The translations under genes were made by a program, and so were the position numbers. From an uncultured delta proteobacterium (GTDB lineage Bacteria > Desulfobacterota > Zymogenia > Zymogenales > Zymogenaceae), in NCBI GenBank assembly GCA_963848155.1, contig CAWKCL010000007.1, positions 1,201,443-1,265,442 on the forward strand: 64,000 nucleotides of DNA, written 5' to 3'. The notes under the pieces are model-generated. The model worked only from the letters and a program-made list of their open reading frames with translations. It was not told the DNA's origin and made no database searches. Within the stretch, counting starts at the first letter, position 1, and each line of letters starts with the position of its first letter. This document shows, piece by piece, positions 41,288 to 52,589 of this stretch.

Positions 41288-41887
41288 CTATTCGCCTTTC
41301 CGCTCGTGGGTCGGGTTCTTTCCGTCGGTGGGGTTGTTGGGTTCGTAGTAGTCCTCCACCACTCCGCTTTCATGGCCGAACGGGATCTTCTCGGCGTCCT
41401 TCGTGAAGAGCAGCAGGACGTCCCCGTCCTTAACGGTCAGCGATCCGGGGGTGGTGATGGTCCGCAGCTTGTAGTCGATGACGATCGGATCGTCGAGGTA
41501 GGTGATCTTCCCGTCGCGGGAAACCACCGCGCCGTCAATCTTGCCGGCCCCATCCGGGTTGGGGATGGAGATGAACTCCAATAGCTCCGCCTCGCAGATA
41601 CTGCCGTCAAAGCTCAGCGCGCCGGCCGGCAGCGTGACGTCGGGCGTGTACTTGGCCTGGTCCTTGCCGACCCTCAGCACCATCGACTCGATGGACGGAA
41701 ACACCTTCGCGTTCTCCGCGACAGACATGGTGGCCGTCTTCACGAGGCCTTCTGTGCTCGACACCGCGTCCTCGCCGAGGACGTCCACGTTGACCACGCG
41801 CACCTTGACCACCGGCGATGCCGCCATCGCCACGACGGCCAATGATAAGACCGCTATGATCGCGACAAATAATATACTCTTTTTCAT
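41288..41887 (-). CDS. secreted ~20-kDa protein of unknown function, cassette copy 1
   Basis: Signal peptide MKKSILFVAIIAVLSLAVVAMAA. 199 aa. AGGAGGAG SD. Confidence 0.55.
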   Translation of the reverse strand: MKKSILFVAIIAVLSLAVVAMAASPVVKVRVVNVDVLGEDAVSSTEGLVKTATMSVAENAKVFPSIESMVLRVGKDQAKYTPDVTLPAGALSFDGSICEAELLEFISIPNPDGAGKIDGAVVSRDGKITYLDDPIVIDYKLRTITTPGSLTVKDGDVLLLFTKDAEKIPFGHESGVVEDYYEPNNPTDGKNPTHERKGE

Positions 41888-42152
41888 AACACGCTCCTCC
41901 TAAAGGAAACTTTTTTTCTATTAGTCAAAAAATCAGCATGACCCTTTATACTATCTATTCTATCCCATTTGTGCGTCCGGCGTCACACTTTTTTTCGTAT
42001 CGTGCACGAAAATATGCCATTGTGTGACATGACTCACCCGGCCGGTCGGCAGTTGACTATGACATACCCCGCAAGAAAACGCCCCTCTCCGTGAAGAGGG
42101 GCGTCGTCGTACCGAGTCATAACCGGTAATATCCGGCTACGAGGCGTTACCT

Positions 42153-42749
42153 CTATTGCCTTTGATCAGGGCCGGCCTCGTGGGATTGTTCGGTTCTTGA
42201 TGATAGAAGTCCGCCACGCGGTTCCGGCGTTTCGTGTCCGAACTGGATCGGCTCCGCGTCCTTTGCGAACAGCAGCAGCACGTCCCCGTCGTTTGACGGC
42301 CAGCGATCCGGGCGTAATGATGGACCGCTCTTTGTAGTCGATGACGATCGGCTCGTCGAGGTAGGTGATCTTTCCGTCGCGGGAAACGATAACACCGTCA
42401 AACTTGCCGGCCCCCTCGGGGTTGGGGAGGGAGATGAACTCCATCATCTGCTCCTCGGTGAGGCTCCCGTAAAAGCTCAGCGCACCGGCCGGCAGCGTCA
42501 CGTCCGGCGTGTACTTCGCTTGTCTTTGCCGACCCTCAGCACCATCGTCTCGACCGCCGGGAAGACGTTCGCGTTCTCCGCGATCGACATCGTGGCCGTC
42601 TTCACGAGGCCCTCGGGGGTGGATACCTCGTCCATCCCGAGCTCGGTGACGTTGACCACCCTGACCTTGACCACCGGCGACGCCGCCATCGCCGCCACGG
42701 CTAGCGACAGGACCGCTATGATCGCGACAAAGAATATACTCTTTTTCAT
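42153..42749 (-). pseudogene. cassette copy 2 of the secreted protein, broken into 3 ORFs by frameshifts
   Basis: ORFs 42498-42749, 42166-42501 and 42153-42401 together reproduce the copy 1/3 sequence. A downstream hairpin CGCCCCTCTCC-GTGA-AGAGGGGCG lies at 42070-42092. Confidence 0.55.
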
Positions 42750-43010
42750 GGCACCCTCCTCCCTCAGGAAATTTCTTTCCTGTTAGCCAAAAAATCCGTA
42801 TAATCCTTTTATACTACCTATTTTATCGCATTTTTGCGCCCATCGTCACACTTTTCTTCATATCATACACAAATATGATTATTTTGTGACATGACTCACC
42901 CGGCCCGTCGGCGGCTATATCGGTGCGTACCCCCGCAAAAAAGCGCCCCTCTCTCTCGAGAGGGGCGCTCGTATATACGTTCGGTGTCGGAAACGCTCAT
43001 TGCCTGCCTG

Positions 43011-43610
43011 CTACTGGTGCGTCAGGCTGCCGCCGTTCGGCCTGCCGGGATTACGCTGGCTGCGGTGGCGGTCGGTGTCGCCGCTCGACTTTTCATGGCC
43101 GAACGCGATCGGCTCCGAGTCCTTCGCGAACAGCAGCAGCACGTCTCCGTCGCCGACTGCCAGGGATCCGGGGGTAGTAATGGACCTCACCTTGTAGTCG
43201 ATGACGATCGGATCGTCGAGGTAGGTGATCTTCCCGTCCGGGGAAACGATCACACCGTCAAACTTGCCGGCCCCCTCCGGGTTGGGGACGGAGATGAACT
43301 CCAGCATCTCCGCTTCGCTGATGCTGCCGGAAAAACTCAGCGCGCCTGCCGGCAGCGTGACGTCGGGCGTGTACTTCGCCTGGTCCTTGCCGACCCTCAG
43401 CACCATCGTCTCGATGGACGGAAACACCTTCGCGTTCTCCGCGATCGACATGGTGGCCGTCTTCGCGAGGCCTTCCGGGCTCGACACCGCGTCCTCGCCG
43501 AGGACATTGAGGTTGACCACCCTGACCTTGACCACCGGCGATGCCGCCATCGCCGCCACGGCCAATGACATGATTGCTATGATCGCGATAAAAAATATAC
43601 TCTTTTTCAT
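43011..43610 (-). CDS. secreted ~20-kDa protein of unknown function, cassette copy 3
   Basis: 199 aa, ~80% identical to copy 1. A downstream hairpin AGCGCCCCTCTC-TCTCGAG-AGGGGCGCT lies at 42941-42968. Confidence 0.55.
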   Translation of the reverse strand: MKKSIFFIAIIAIMSLAVAAMAASPVVKVRVVNLNVLGEDAVSSPEGLAKTATMSIAENAKVFPSIETMVLRVGKDQAKYTPDVTLPAGALSFSGSISEAEMLEFISVPNPEGAGKFDGVIVSPDGKITYLDDPIVIDYKVRSITTPGSLAVGDGDVLLLFAKDSEPIAFGHEKSSGDTDRHRSQRNPGRPNGGSLTHQ

Positions 43611-43854
43611 GACACCCTCCTTACTGGCTTGTTTCCTGTAATCTGATATTTTAGCGTGATTCCTTTATACAGCCCGTTTTCCCCTATTTTTGCGTCCCCT
43701 GTCACACTTTCTTTCATATCGTTCATAAATATGATCATACTGTGATATGACTCACGCGCCGCGCCTAAACAGCCGGTATGCACTGCTCCGCACAGGCTGC
43801 CGCTTAATCTGGAATTTTCGCAATGGAATTGAAAGAACGATACCGGAGGGGCGA

Positions 43855-45087
43855 TCAGAGGAGTAAATTCGCGACAAGATAGGCCGCCGCGGCCACCGTG
43901 AGCACGAACAGGACCGGGAGCCACAGCAATCGATAAATGCCGGAAAGCTGGGCCCGGTAGTAGCGCGCCGTCAGCACGAGGCACAGGTGCACCGGCGACA
44001 GCATGATGCCGGCGTAGCCCCCGGCGTATGCCAGCATGAAGGCGATCATCGGGTAGTCGCCGGTGGTAAAGTAGGTCAGCAGGATCGGAAAGGTGATGCC
44101 GACGTAGGCCATCGTCATGCCCGTGGACATGGCGATAACAAACGGCAGGATGATGAGGACGAAAAACGGGGGGATGCCCAGCGAGGTGAGGTTTCCGGCG
44201 ATCTCGGCGGCGGCACCCGTCGCCTCCAGAACCCCCTTGAACGCAAGGATTCCCGCGACGATGGATACGTAGGCGAACGAGAAATTCTCCCTGACGATCC
44301 GGCCGACCTCTTTGGGCTTGGCCCGGTATATGAGCATGCAGACCAGGAAAACCAGGATAAGCGTGAGGCCCAGGTCGGTGTTGAACACGAGCACCGACAC
44401 GATCACGACGATGAGCGGCAGGGCGCTGATAAAAAAGTTGAAAAGGAGCTTGCGGGAGATACGCCGTTTCCGGTCCCCGTGATAGGCCACCCCCCGCAGC
44501 CCGAAGAAGAGGCCCGCGGCGGCGGCGGCAAGCGTCAGCGGGAGGTTTGCCGCGGCGATCGTGGAAAGCCCCACGCCGAGGATTGCCGCGGACAGTATCA
44601 CGCCCGGGTAGGTGGGAAAGGTATATTCCCAGAGGTGGCGGAACCAGTAGTTGAGGAACGTCTTTTTTTCCGGCGAGAGGCCCAGCTCGTCGGAGGCCTC
44701 TTCGACCATCGGCGCCGAGATCATCGCCCCGCCGATAATCGGCAGAAAGCCGATAATCGCGGGGACCAGCACCACTACCCCCCGGGGGTCGCCCAGGAGC
44801 CGCCGAAGCGAATCCACCATGGTCTTGATCCGCCCCTTTCGCTTCATCAGCTCCGAGAGGAAAACAATCATGAGGACCGCGACGAGGATCTCGGCCGCCA
44901 CGAGGTTGGCCGTCGACCGCAGGCAGACAAGCGCAAGCTCGCCGACGTCCATGGCGTACATGAGGCCCAGCGCCACCGCCGCGATCACCAGTGAAAGCCC
45001 GAGGTCGAGCTTCCTCTTGATGAGCAGGACCAGCAGGACCGCTATGAGGGTAAATCTCAGGATGCCCATTGTGTAATCCGGCCGCAC
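43855..45087 (-). CDS. polytopic membrane permease (ion-transporter superfamily-like, ~12 TM)
   Basis: 410 aa, hydrophobic throughout. Family not resolved by eye. Confidence 0.4.
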   Translation of the reverse strand: MRPDYTMGILRFTLIAVLLVLLIKRKLDLGLSLVIAAVALGLMYAMDVGELALVCLRSTANLVAAEILVAVLMIVFLSELMKRKGRIKTMVDSLRRLLGDPRGVVVLVPAIIGFLPIIGGAMISAPMVEEASDELGLSPEKKTFLNYWFRHLWEYTFPTYPGVILSAAILGVGLSTIAAANLPLTLAAAAAGLFFGLRGVAYHGDRKRRISRKLLFNFFISALPLIVVIVSVLVFNTDLGLTLILVFLVCMLIYRAKPKEVGRIVRENFSFAYVSIVAGILAFKGVLEATGAAAEIAGNLTSLGIPPFFVLIILPFVIAMSTGMTMAYVGITFPILLTYFTTGDYPMIAFMLAYAGGYAGIMLSPVHLCLVLTARYYRAQLSGIYRLLWLPVLFVLTVAAAAYLVANLLL

Positions 45088-45127
45088 CGTTTCATAATCA
45101 CGCGCCCGCCGTGCGGCTGACGGCGGC

Positions 45128-46504
45128 CTAAGCCGATATCTGCCTCAGGCCCGCCAGGACGCGCGCCGCCTGGGAAAGCTCGAGGTAGACCGGTATCCCC
45201 GCCTCGCGCATCAGGCGCGTGAACGGTTCAAAACTCGGGATAAAGCCGAAGAGCCACGACACGACCGGTTTTTTCGTTTCCTGGACGGCGCGCCTGATCG
45301 GCTCGATATCCATTCGCTCGCTGATGGGGGACGCAAACGGGAGGATAACGGCCGCGTCCACGTTTTCGTCTTCGAGGACGATCGGGATGACCATCTGGAG
45401 CGCCTCGTTTATTCCCCGAAGCTCCATCGTCGGCCAGATATCGACCGGGTTTTTCGGCGGCATCCATGCCGGGAAGATCGGCGTGAGCCGCTGGATGGTC
45501 TTTTCGGTGAGATCGGCAAGCTTCAGCCCGTGATCGTTGATCAGGTCCGCCGCCACGATGCCTCCCCCGCCGGAGACCGTGATCAGGGCGATATTCGCGC
45601 CGCCCCGCGCGTGAGGGAGCGTCGCCAGCGCCTTGCCGACGTTGATAAGCTCGATAAAATCAGTGACCCTGATAACGCCCGCCTGGGCCAGCGCGCCCGT
45701 GACAACGTCGTCGCTGCCGGCAAGCGTCCCGGTGTGGGAGAGGGCCGCCCGCCTTCCCCCCGCGCTCCTTCCCCCCTTGAGGACGACCAGTGATTTCTTT
45801 CCCGAGAGCGAACGGGCGACGTCCAGAAACTCCCGCCCCCGGGCGATCCCCTCCAGGTACATCAGGATGATGCGGGTATGCTCCTCACCGGCAAGGTACT
45901 GGATGATATCGACCTCGTCGATATCCATCTTGTTGCCGATGGCCGCCACCTTGTCTATGCCGAAGTAGCCGCCGTCCAGCACCTGCAGCAGGAAGCCGCC
46001 TGCCATCATGCCGCTCTGGGCGATGATGGAGACGGGGCCCGGGATGAGGAGCTTGCGGAGATCGGGCGCGGGCATGAAGGGGGAGAAGAAGAAGTCCCGC
46101 GCGCTTACCGAGCCCGTGCAGTTGGGACCCCAGACCCGCATGCCGTGCTCCCGGGCGATCTTCATGACCGCCTCGGCCCGAAGGGCCCCGTCGGCGCCCA
46201 CCTCCGCAAATCCCGCGGCCTGTATCTGGACCCTTTTCACGCCGAGGCGCGCCGCCTCTTCGATCAACCCGGGTATGGTCGCCGACGGCGTGAAAACAAT
46301 AACGAGCTCAGGCCGCTCGGGCAGGTCCGAGAGCGTTTTATAGACCGTCTTTCCGTCGATATCCTCGTAATTGGGATTTACGGGATACACGGCGCCCTTC
46401 GTATAGTAGGTGGCCAGGTTGTTGTAGATGTGATAACCGCCCTTTATCTTGTTGGGCGTGGCGCCGACCACCGCGATGGATTCGGGGCAAAAGAAGCTCT
46501 TCAT
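45128..46504 (-). CDS. CoA-binding / ADP-forming acyl-CoA synthetase (NDP-forming) family protein
   Basis: 458 aa. N-term ...PESIAVVGATPNKIKGGYHIYNNL... is a CoA-binding Rossmann domain. A succinyl-CoA-synthetase-like flavodoxin domain follows. Confidence 0.6.
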   Translation of the reverse strand: MKSFFCPESIAVVGATPNKIKGGYHIYNNLATYYTKGAVYPVNPNYEDIDGKTVYKTLSDLPERPELVIVFTPSATIPGLIEEAARLGVKRVQIQAAGFAEVGADGALRAEAVMKIAREHGMRVWGPNCTGSVSARDFFFSPFMPAPDLRKLLIPGPVSIIAQSGMMAGGFLLQVLDGGYFGIDKVAAIGNKMDIDEVDIIQYLAGEEHTRIILMYLEGIARGREFLDVARSLSGKKSLVVLKGGRSAGGRRAALSHTGTLAGSDDVVTGALAQAGVIRVTDFIELINVGKALATLPHARGGANIALITVSGGGGIVAADLINDHGLKLADLTEKTIQRLTPIFPAWMPPKNPVDIWPTMELRGINEALQMVIPIVLEDENVDAAVILPFASPISERMDIEPIRRAVQETKKPVVSWLFGFIPSFEPFTRLMREAGIPVYLELSQAARVLAGLRQISA

Positions 46505-46642
46505 AACGACTCCGGAAGCATAAAGGTTTTAGTATACCACACTTCCGGACGGCCATAAAGGATTTTTGGATTTGCGCCGGGGTTTATTGGGAATGCGGGT
46601 CGTACGCGGCCAATCCCGTTGGGCCTTACCGGCCGCCGACAC

Positions 46643-49088
46643 TCACCGGTTATCCGGCCGCCGTATGAACCGGCGGGGGTCGGCCTCTCCCATTTCGTAG
46701 AGGATATCATAGAGCGCTTCGACGATCGGAAGCTCCACCCGGTATCGCTGCGCCAGCTCCATGGCGGCCTTCGTCGCCGCGTAGCCCTCGACGTTTTTCT
46801 TGGCGTCCTTGAAGAACCTCAGCGCGATCGGAACCGGCCAGCGGACGAGGGCCTTGCCGAACTCGCTGTTCCTCCCGCCCCGCGCGGTCGCCAAAAAGTC
46901 GGCCATCCACGCCTGGCCTTCCGTATCGAAGGTCTCGGGGTCGGCCCCCATCGCCAGGGCCAGCGTCTTGATCTCCGCGGAGATACGGGTCACGAGCGTC
47001 GCGGTGAAGTTCACCGAGGCGTCCTTCGATCCGTCGGCAATCCCGTAGGCGATGGCATAGACGTTCTTCATGGCGCCGGCCAGCTGCGTGCCCAGGAGGT
47101 CACTGGAGGGGTAGACGTAAAAATCGTCCGTTGAAAAGATATCGATGAGCCGCGCCCTCAGCTCGCCGTTTTCTGCGGCAAGCTGGGTTGCCGTCAGTCT
47201 TTCCTCCATGATCTCGCCGGCGAGGTTTGCCCCGGAGATTACGGCGATCTGGACGTTGGACCTGCCCCGCCTGTCCATCTCCTCCCAGGCCGCCTCGACC
47301 GGCAGGAGAGATGTCTCGGCCTCAAATCCCTTCGTGGCGATCACCAGCACAAACGGGTCGGGGTGGGCGTCCAGAATCGCCCGCGCCGTCTTTACGGAAA
47401 TAGTTCGAGGGGGTGGCCACGACGACGATCTCGGCGCGGCCGATCCCCGCCCCGAGGTCCGATTCCACGTGGACGACCTTCGGCAGCACGCTGCCGGGGA
47501 AAAAGTCGGGGTGCGACCGGTTCTCCGCTATCGCCTGCACGATATCCCTGCGGGCGTCAAACAGCACCAGGCTCCAGTCGGCGTAGGCCGGGTCGGCATC
47601 GAACTTCCTCCCCAGGTGGGTGGTCAGCGTATAGCCGAACGCCCCGGCGTTGACAACCGTCAGGTTGTGGCCCGACCACTGGGGATAGATCCGGTGGTCG
47701 AGCTGGTTTGCGTAGAACCGGCCCAGGACCCGGTTCGAGACGTAGAAGCGCCGGGGGAGCATCAGGCCCTTCTTGACGATACGGCGCTCCGTCATCGGTA
47801 AAAGCCCCGCCTCCACGGCCCTCCCGATGCCGCCCGAAAACGAATCGTCCAGATCCGGCGCCGACCCGTAGCGCTCCCGGTGAAAGGCGACCAGCCGTTC
47901 GAGCTCCTCGGCGGCCGCCGGGTGAAGCTCCCGTTTTGTCAGCCGCTCGCGGCTCATGAGCGTCCCGGCGACCAGGTGCGTGGGGAGCACCTTTTTATTC
48001 CTGGCCGTCTCCTCCATCGCCCTTCTGGCGATGGTATCGGCAGGGTCGCGCCCGGCCGGCGCCTCCCTGACCATATCCCCCTTCAAGAAGGGTTCGCCGA
48101 GCGTCAGGTACGCCGTGCCGTAAACGCCCGGCATACCGTCGAGCACCGCGCTGAACAGGCGGCCCCACCAGCCGCGGCCGAATCTCAGGTAACGGGTAAT
48201 CGGGACGTCGGCGCTCAGGTCGTTTCGGCTGAGCAGGCCCGCCAGCGGCTTGTGGTAGGTCAACGCCCGGTCCTCCGGCACCCGGGAAAACGAGAGCGTC
48301 AGCGGGACTACCAGCACGTCCCGCTCGGACGATAGCAGCGCCGAGATAATCCAGGGCGGTATGGTCGCCCGCATCGTCCCGTCGATGCTGCGGGTAGTAT
48401 ACCGAGAGGCCTCGCTGTGGACGACCACCCGGGCGCCCCCCTCGAAGAGGGCCTTCATATATTCGGAGAGGATCCGCTCGTAGGCCGGGTAGTGCGGCGC
48501 CCAGAGCTGGGACTTGGTGATCTTGATGACCCTCAGCCGCTTCATCTCCTGTTCGACAGCCACGCTCGGCATCAGCAGGTCGCCCAGGGCCGAGAAGGCG
48601 AGCCCCAATCCCAGCGCGTCGAAAAAGACCGCGATCATGACGCTGTCGAAGTGGGAGTTGTAGTTGGGGACAAAGAGGACCGGCCCCTCGTGGGCGCGGA
48701 TCGCGTCGGCGTGCCGCGCCTCGCGCCGGTCTTTCGAGAGGAAGGGGGATGCGGGATCATCGTGGGTGAAAAGGTAAGACGAGAGGTACCAGGCGATCCG
48801 CCGGACACGCTCGTGGAGGTCCCGGTCATAGGCCGCGGCCATGTCCGAAAGGACGGCCGGCGGGGAAAAGCCGGGAGGCACCGGGCCCGGCAGCCCCCGC
48901 TTGCCCAGCTTCTTGAGGGCGGTCCGCGCCCGGGCAAGCGCGTGCGGGGCCAGGCGGGTATCCTCGGGACGCGGCGGAGGGATAATCTTCTCTACTTCGG
49001 AGAAACCCTCGCGCTCCTCAAAAAAACGATAGACTTGTTCGGGGGCAAGTCTATCGGCAAGGAAGCTCCTGATGGGATATTTTCCCAC
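46643..49088 (-). CDS. gpsA: fusion: PlsB/GPAT-like acyltransferase domain + NAD(P)H-dependent glycerol-3-phosphate dehydrogenase (GpsA); apparent frameshift ~47.35 kb
   Basis: Upstream ORF has ...VLFVPNYNSHFDSVMI..., PlsB-like with Y replacing the first His of HX4D. It ends with a GpsA Rossmann motif ...VVNAGAFGYTL... The downstream ORF continues GpsA (...GAMKNVYAIAYGIADG...). Confidence 0.55.
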
Positions 49089-49094
49089 GATATC

Positions 49095-49533
49095 CTATGG
49101 CACGATGAGGATCGGACAGGGCGCCAGGTGGATAACGCGGTCGGCGGTGCTTCCGATGAGAGGCCGGGTGCCGACCCTGCGGCCGTGGGTCCCCATGACG
49201 ATGAGATCGATCTTGCTCTTCTTGGCGTACGTCACGATCTCGTCGGCGGGAAAGCCCTCCCGGATGGCCTCCACGACCTTCACGTCCCATCTCTTTGGCG
49301 GTATCCTTGACATCGCGAAAGTATTTCCTCCCCTCGTCCTTGAGGCTCTCCAGCACTTCCTTGGCCTGGCCCTTGCCGAGGCGCTTGAAGTTTTCCACCA
49401 CCATCTCGGATATGACGAAGATGGCGTGAAGCTCGGCATTCGAAAGCCGGCAAAAGTTTACGGCAACCCTAACCGCCTTTTCCGAACAGGACGAACCGTC
49501 CACTGCAACCAGCACTTTCTTATAACCGGACAT
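49095..49533 (-). CDS. universal stress protein (UspA family), apparent frameshift
   Basis: N-term MSGYKKVLVAVDGSS..., with a GGAGG SD. C-term ...IDLIVMGTHGRRVGTRPLIGSTADRVIHLAPCPILIV. Confidence 0.65.
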
Positions 49534-49752
49534 ATAATACCTCCACAGCACAAACCGGGTTTTAACCTCTGTATCGCGCCGCTCAATAAAACAGTAATAT
49601 AATATCGTAATCGGAGAAAACGTCAAGTCAAAAGGTAATGCCGATCCGGGCGGATGTCGCCCCGCAACTTTCCGATGCTTCCGGCGGTATTTTCCCTTTT
49701 CTTTTTTTACCGTTCATCATATAGTTGCCGGGTAGTCGTCATAGGGGCCGTA

Positions 49753-50982
49753 ATGTACTCGATCTGCCGCCTGATACTGATCCGTGCCGTACTGTGGTTA
49801 CCGCGGTTGGCGCGTTTTCTATTGGCGCCGTGTGTGCTATCGCTCCTATTTGCGGCCGTACCCGCCGTGGCCGGCGACGCAGACGATCGTCGTCAGGGTC
49901 CTTGAGGATAGGGTTGCCGACCGCGTAACCATCGGCGCGCCCTCTCCCGTTCGCGTCTCGTTTCCCGGCGGCGCCCTTGAACAAAGCCCCGTTACCCTTA
50001 CCATTACCGTCACCGTTACCGCCGATGAATCGTCGATATTGACCCTCACCGCGGGCGGTCGAACCGTGCGCGCGGCCTCTCCTCTCACGGTCGCCCCCCT
50101 GTCCGGCTCGGCGGTCCTTACCGTCACGACGCCGACTGACGACCACCGCTACAGGGGGGCTCTCACGGTATCGGCAGAGAAGGGCGTCATCGTTCTCTTA
50201 AATACCGTGCCCCTCGAAGAGTACCTCCTCTCGGTCGTGCCCGGCGAGCTCTCCACGAGGGAGACGGCCGCCCTGAAAGCCCAGGCCATCCTGTGCCGCA
50301 CCTTCGCATTGAAAAACAGGAAAAGGCACACTGGCTGTGACCTGTGCGACCTGACCCACTGCCAGTACTACGGCGGCGTGGATACCGAGACCGCCGCCGG
50401 CACCCGGGCCGTCACGGAGACCGCCGGTCTTACGTCGACTTCGGCGGCAAACCGGCCGAGGTCTTCTACCATTCCAGCTCCGGCGGCATGACCACCTCGC
50501 CCGCCTATGTCTGGGGCGGGCCGGCCGTGCCGTACCTTGTCCCGACCAGGGACGCCTTCCGCGGGCGGGAGCTTTCGGCGGCAAGCCCCGATTTCACGTG
50601 GACATTTACCGTCGAGAGGCGGCGAATCTCCTTGCGGCGCTGACCGAAGCGCTCGGCCGGCCGGTGACCGGCGTCGGCGTGGCGGAACGGGACCCCTCGG
50701 GACGGGCGGCGTAAGATGCGGCTCTCGGGGGCGGATACCGAGCTTATGGGCGAGGAGTTTCGGATCATCGTCTGCCGCCGCTTCGGGTGGGGCAGCCTCA
50801 AGAGCACGCTCTTCGAGATGCACGAAACCGGCGGCTCTTACCGCTTTGACGGCAAAGGGCTGGGGCACGGCGTGGGGATGAGCCAGTGGGGGGCGGTAGA
50901 GCTCGCACGCATGGGTAAGGATTACCGGCAGATAATCGAGTTTTATTTCCCCGGGACGGGAATCGGGGCGATCGGTAAATAA
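49753..50982 (+). CDS. SpoIID/LytB-domain protein (amidase enhancer), 3 frames
   Basis: Signal-like N-term. ...LEEYLLSVVPGELSTRETAALKAQAILCRTFALKN...YHSSSGGMTTSPAYVW...GHGVGMSQWGA... Confidence 0.6.
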
Positions 50983-51049
50983 CCCGACGACTCGCGGCCG
51001 TCCCAAACGGCCGGTACACACCGCTGCCTCGACAGATACGGAGACTTTT

Positions 51050-51530
51050 ATGATGGACGCAACCATACGCGAGGCCAACCGGGAAGACGTCCCGGCTCTT
51101 GTCGCGGTCATCGGGGCCGCCTTCAAGAAGGTGGCCGACCGCCTGGGGCTCCCCCCGGATAGGGACTCCAAGCACGCCTCCAATATAACGGATTCCTGGG
51201 TGACCGAAGACATGGGCAAGGGCGTGCGCTACTTTATTGCCGAGGCAGGCGGCAAGGCCGTCGGCGCCGTGACGGTGGGGCACCCCAAACCCGATGTCAG
51301 CTTTATCGGCAGGCTCTCGGTGCTGCCGGAATACCAGGCCCGGGGGTTGGGAGAAAGCTTTTCACGTACGCGATCGACAGGGCCGCCGAAACCGGGGCGA
51401 GCTATATCTCCGTCGGCGTGATCACCGACGAAAAGCACCTGGTCGAGTGGTACGGTCGGATGGGATTTACCGTAAACCGCCGGGTCAGGTTCGAGCATTT
51501 CGCGTTCGAGGTGACGCTGATGAGACGTGA
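51050..51530 (+). CDS. GNAT family N-acetyltransferase (apparent frameshift)
   Basis: ...IGRLSVLPEYQARGLGE... matches the Q/RxxGxG/A motif. Confidence 0.55.
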
Positions 51531-51658
51531 GTTGAAAGAAAAACCGTAGGGACGCGATGAATCGCGTCCGGCATCGGGTGGTACCCGGCGTTATTGAAAA
51601 TCGGGCGGCCTAACGGCCGCCCGCCTCAAACAGTCTGGTAGTCAATCCCGCCCAATCG

Positions 51659-52544
51659 TCAACAGCAGCAGCACCCCTCGGACTTCGCCTTTGCTTCTCC
51701 TCCCGGTTTTATTGCCGAGACCTTGATGCTGGCGGCATAGGGCTTGCCGTCGTCGATGATTCCTGCCGCCTTTGCCTCCTCGATCATCGGCTCAAGCGAG
51801 GGATCGGCCATGAGCCATTCGGTGGGGTAGACCGTCTCGCCGATCACCTCCACGTCCTCAAAACCGGCGGCCCTGATTGCGCCAATATACTCGTCTTTGC
51901 TCAGCGCGCCGGCCACGCAGGCCGTATAGGCGTCCACCGATTTCCTGACCTGCTCCGGCAGCTCCCTCAGCAGCACGATGTCCGACACCATGAGCCTGCC
52001 GCCGGGGGTAAGCGTCCGGTACGCCTCCCGGAACACCTGCGGCTTATCGGGCGAGAGGTTGATGACGCAGTTGGATATGACGGCGTTCACGGTCCCGTCC
52101 TCAACGGGGAGCTTTTCGATCTCGCCCATCCGGAATTCGACGTTGTCAAAGCCGCCCCTTTTCGCGTTGGCCTGGGCCTTCGCGATCATCTCGGGGGTCA
52201 TGTCCACCCCGATGACCCGGCCGGTCTTGCCGACCTTCTTGGCGGCGATGAAGCAGTCGACTCCGCCGCCGGAGCCGAGGTCAAGCACCACCTCCCCTTC
52301 GCGTCAGCGAGGCCAGCGCCACGGGGTTGCCGCAGCCGAGGCCCATGTTGGCGCCGTCCGGCAGCCCGGAGAGATCGGACTTGGAATACCCGATCTTTTC
52401 TGCGATGTCGCCCGCGTCCATCTGGGGCCCGCAGCAGGACTGGGCCTGACCCGCGGGCGTGCAGCCGCACCCGGCCGAGGACTCGGCGATGCTTCCATAG
52501 CGGTCCCTCACCGCCTTCTTGATTTCTTCCTGTTTCATATCCAT
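51659..52544 (-). CDS. arsM: arsenite S-adenosylmethionine methyltransferase-like (ArsM), apparent frameshift ~52.29 kb
   Basis: SAM motif [13 protein letters not shown]-terminal and C-terminal Cys clusters (...CGCT...CCGP..., C-terminal CCCC). Confidence 0.65.
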
Positions 52545-52589
52545 ACTCCTTGTGTGTCTATTGCGTTTATTTCGCGATAACGTGCGGCA

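Larger units (their letters stand above)
41213..43800. repeat. tandem triplication (~861-bp unit) of gene + upstream conserved block + terminator hairpin
   Basis: Gene starts at 41887, 42749 and 43610. All three upstream regions share ...gtcacac(t)tt...ttgtgtgacatgactcac... Confidence 0.7.
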
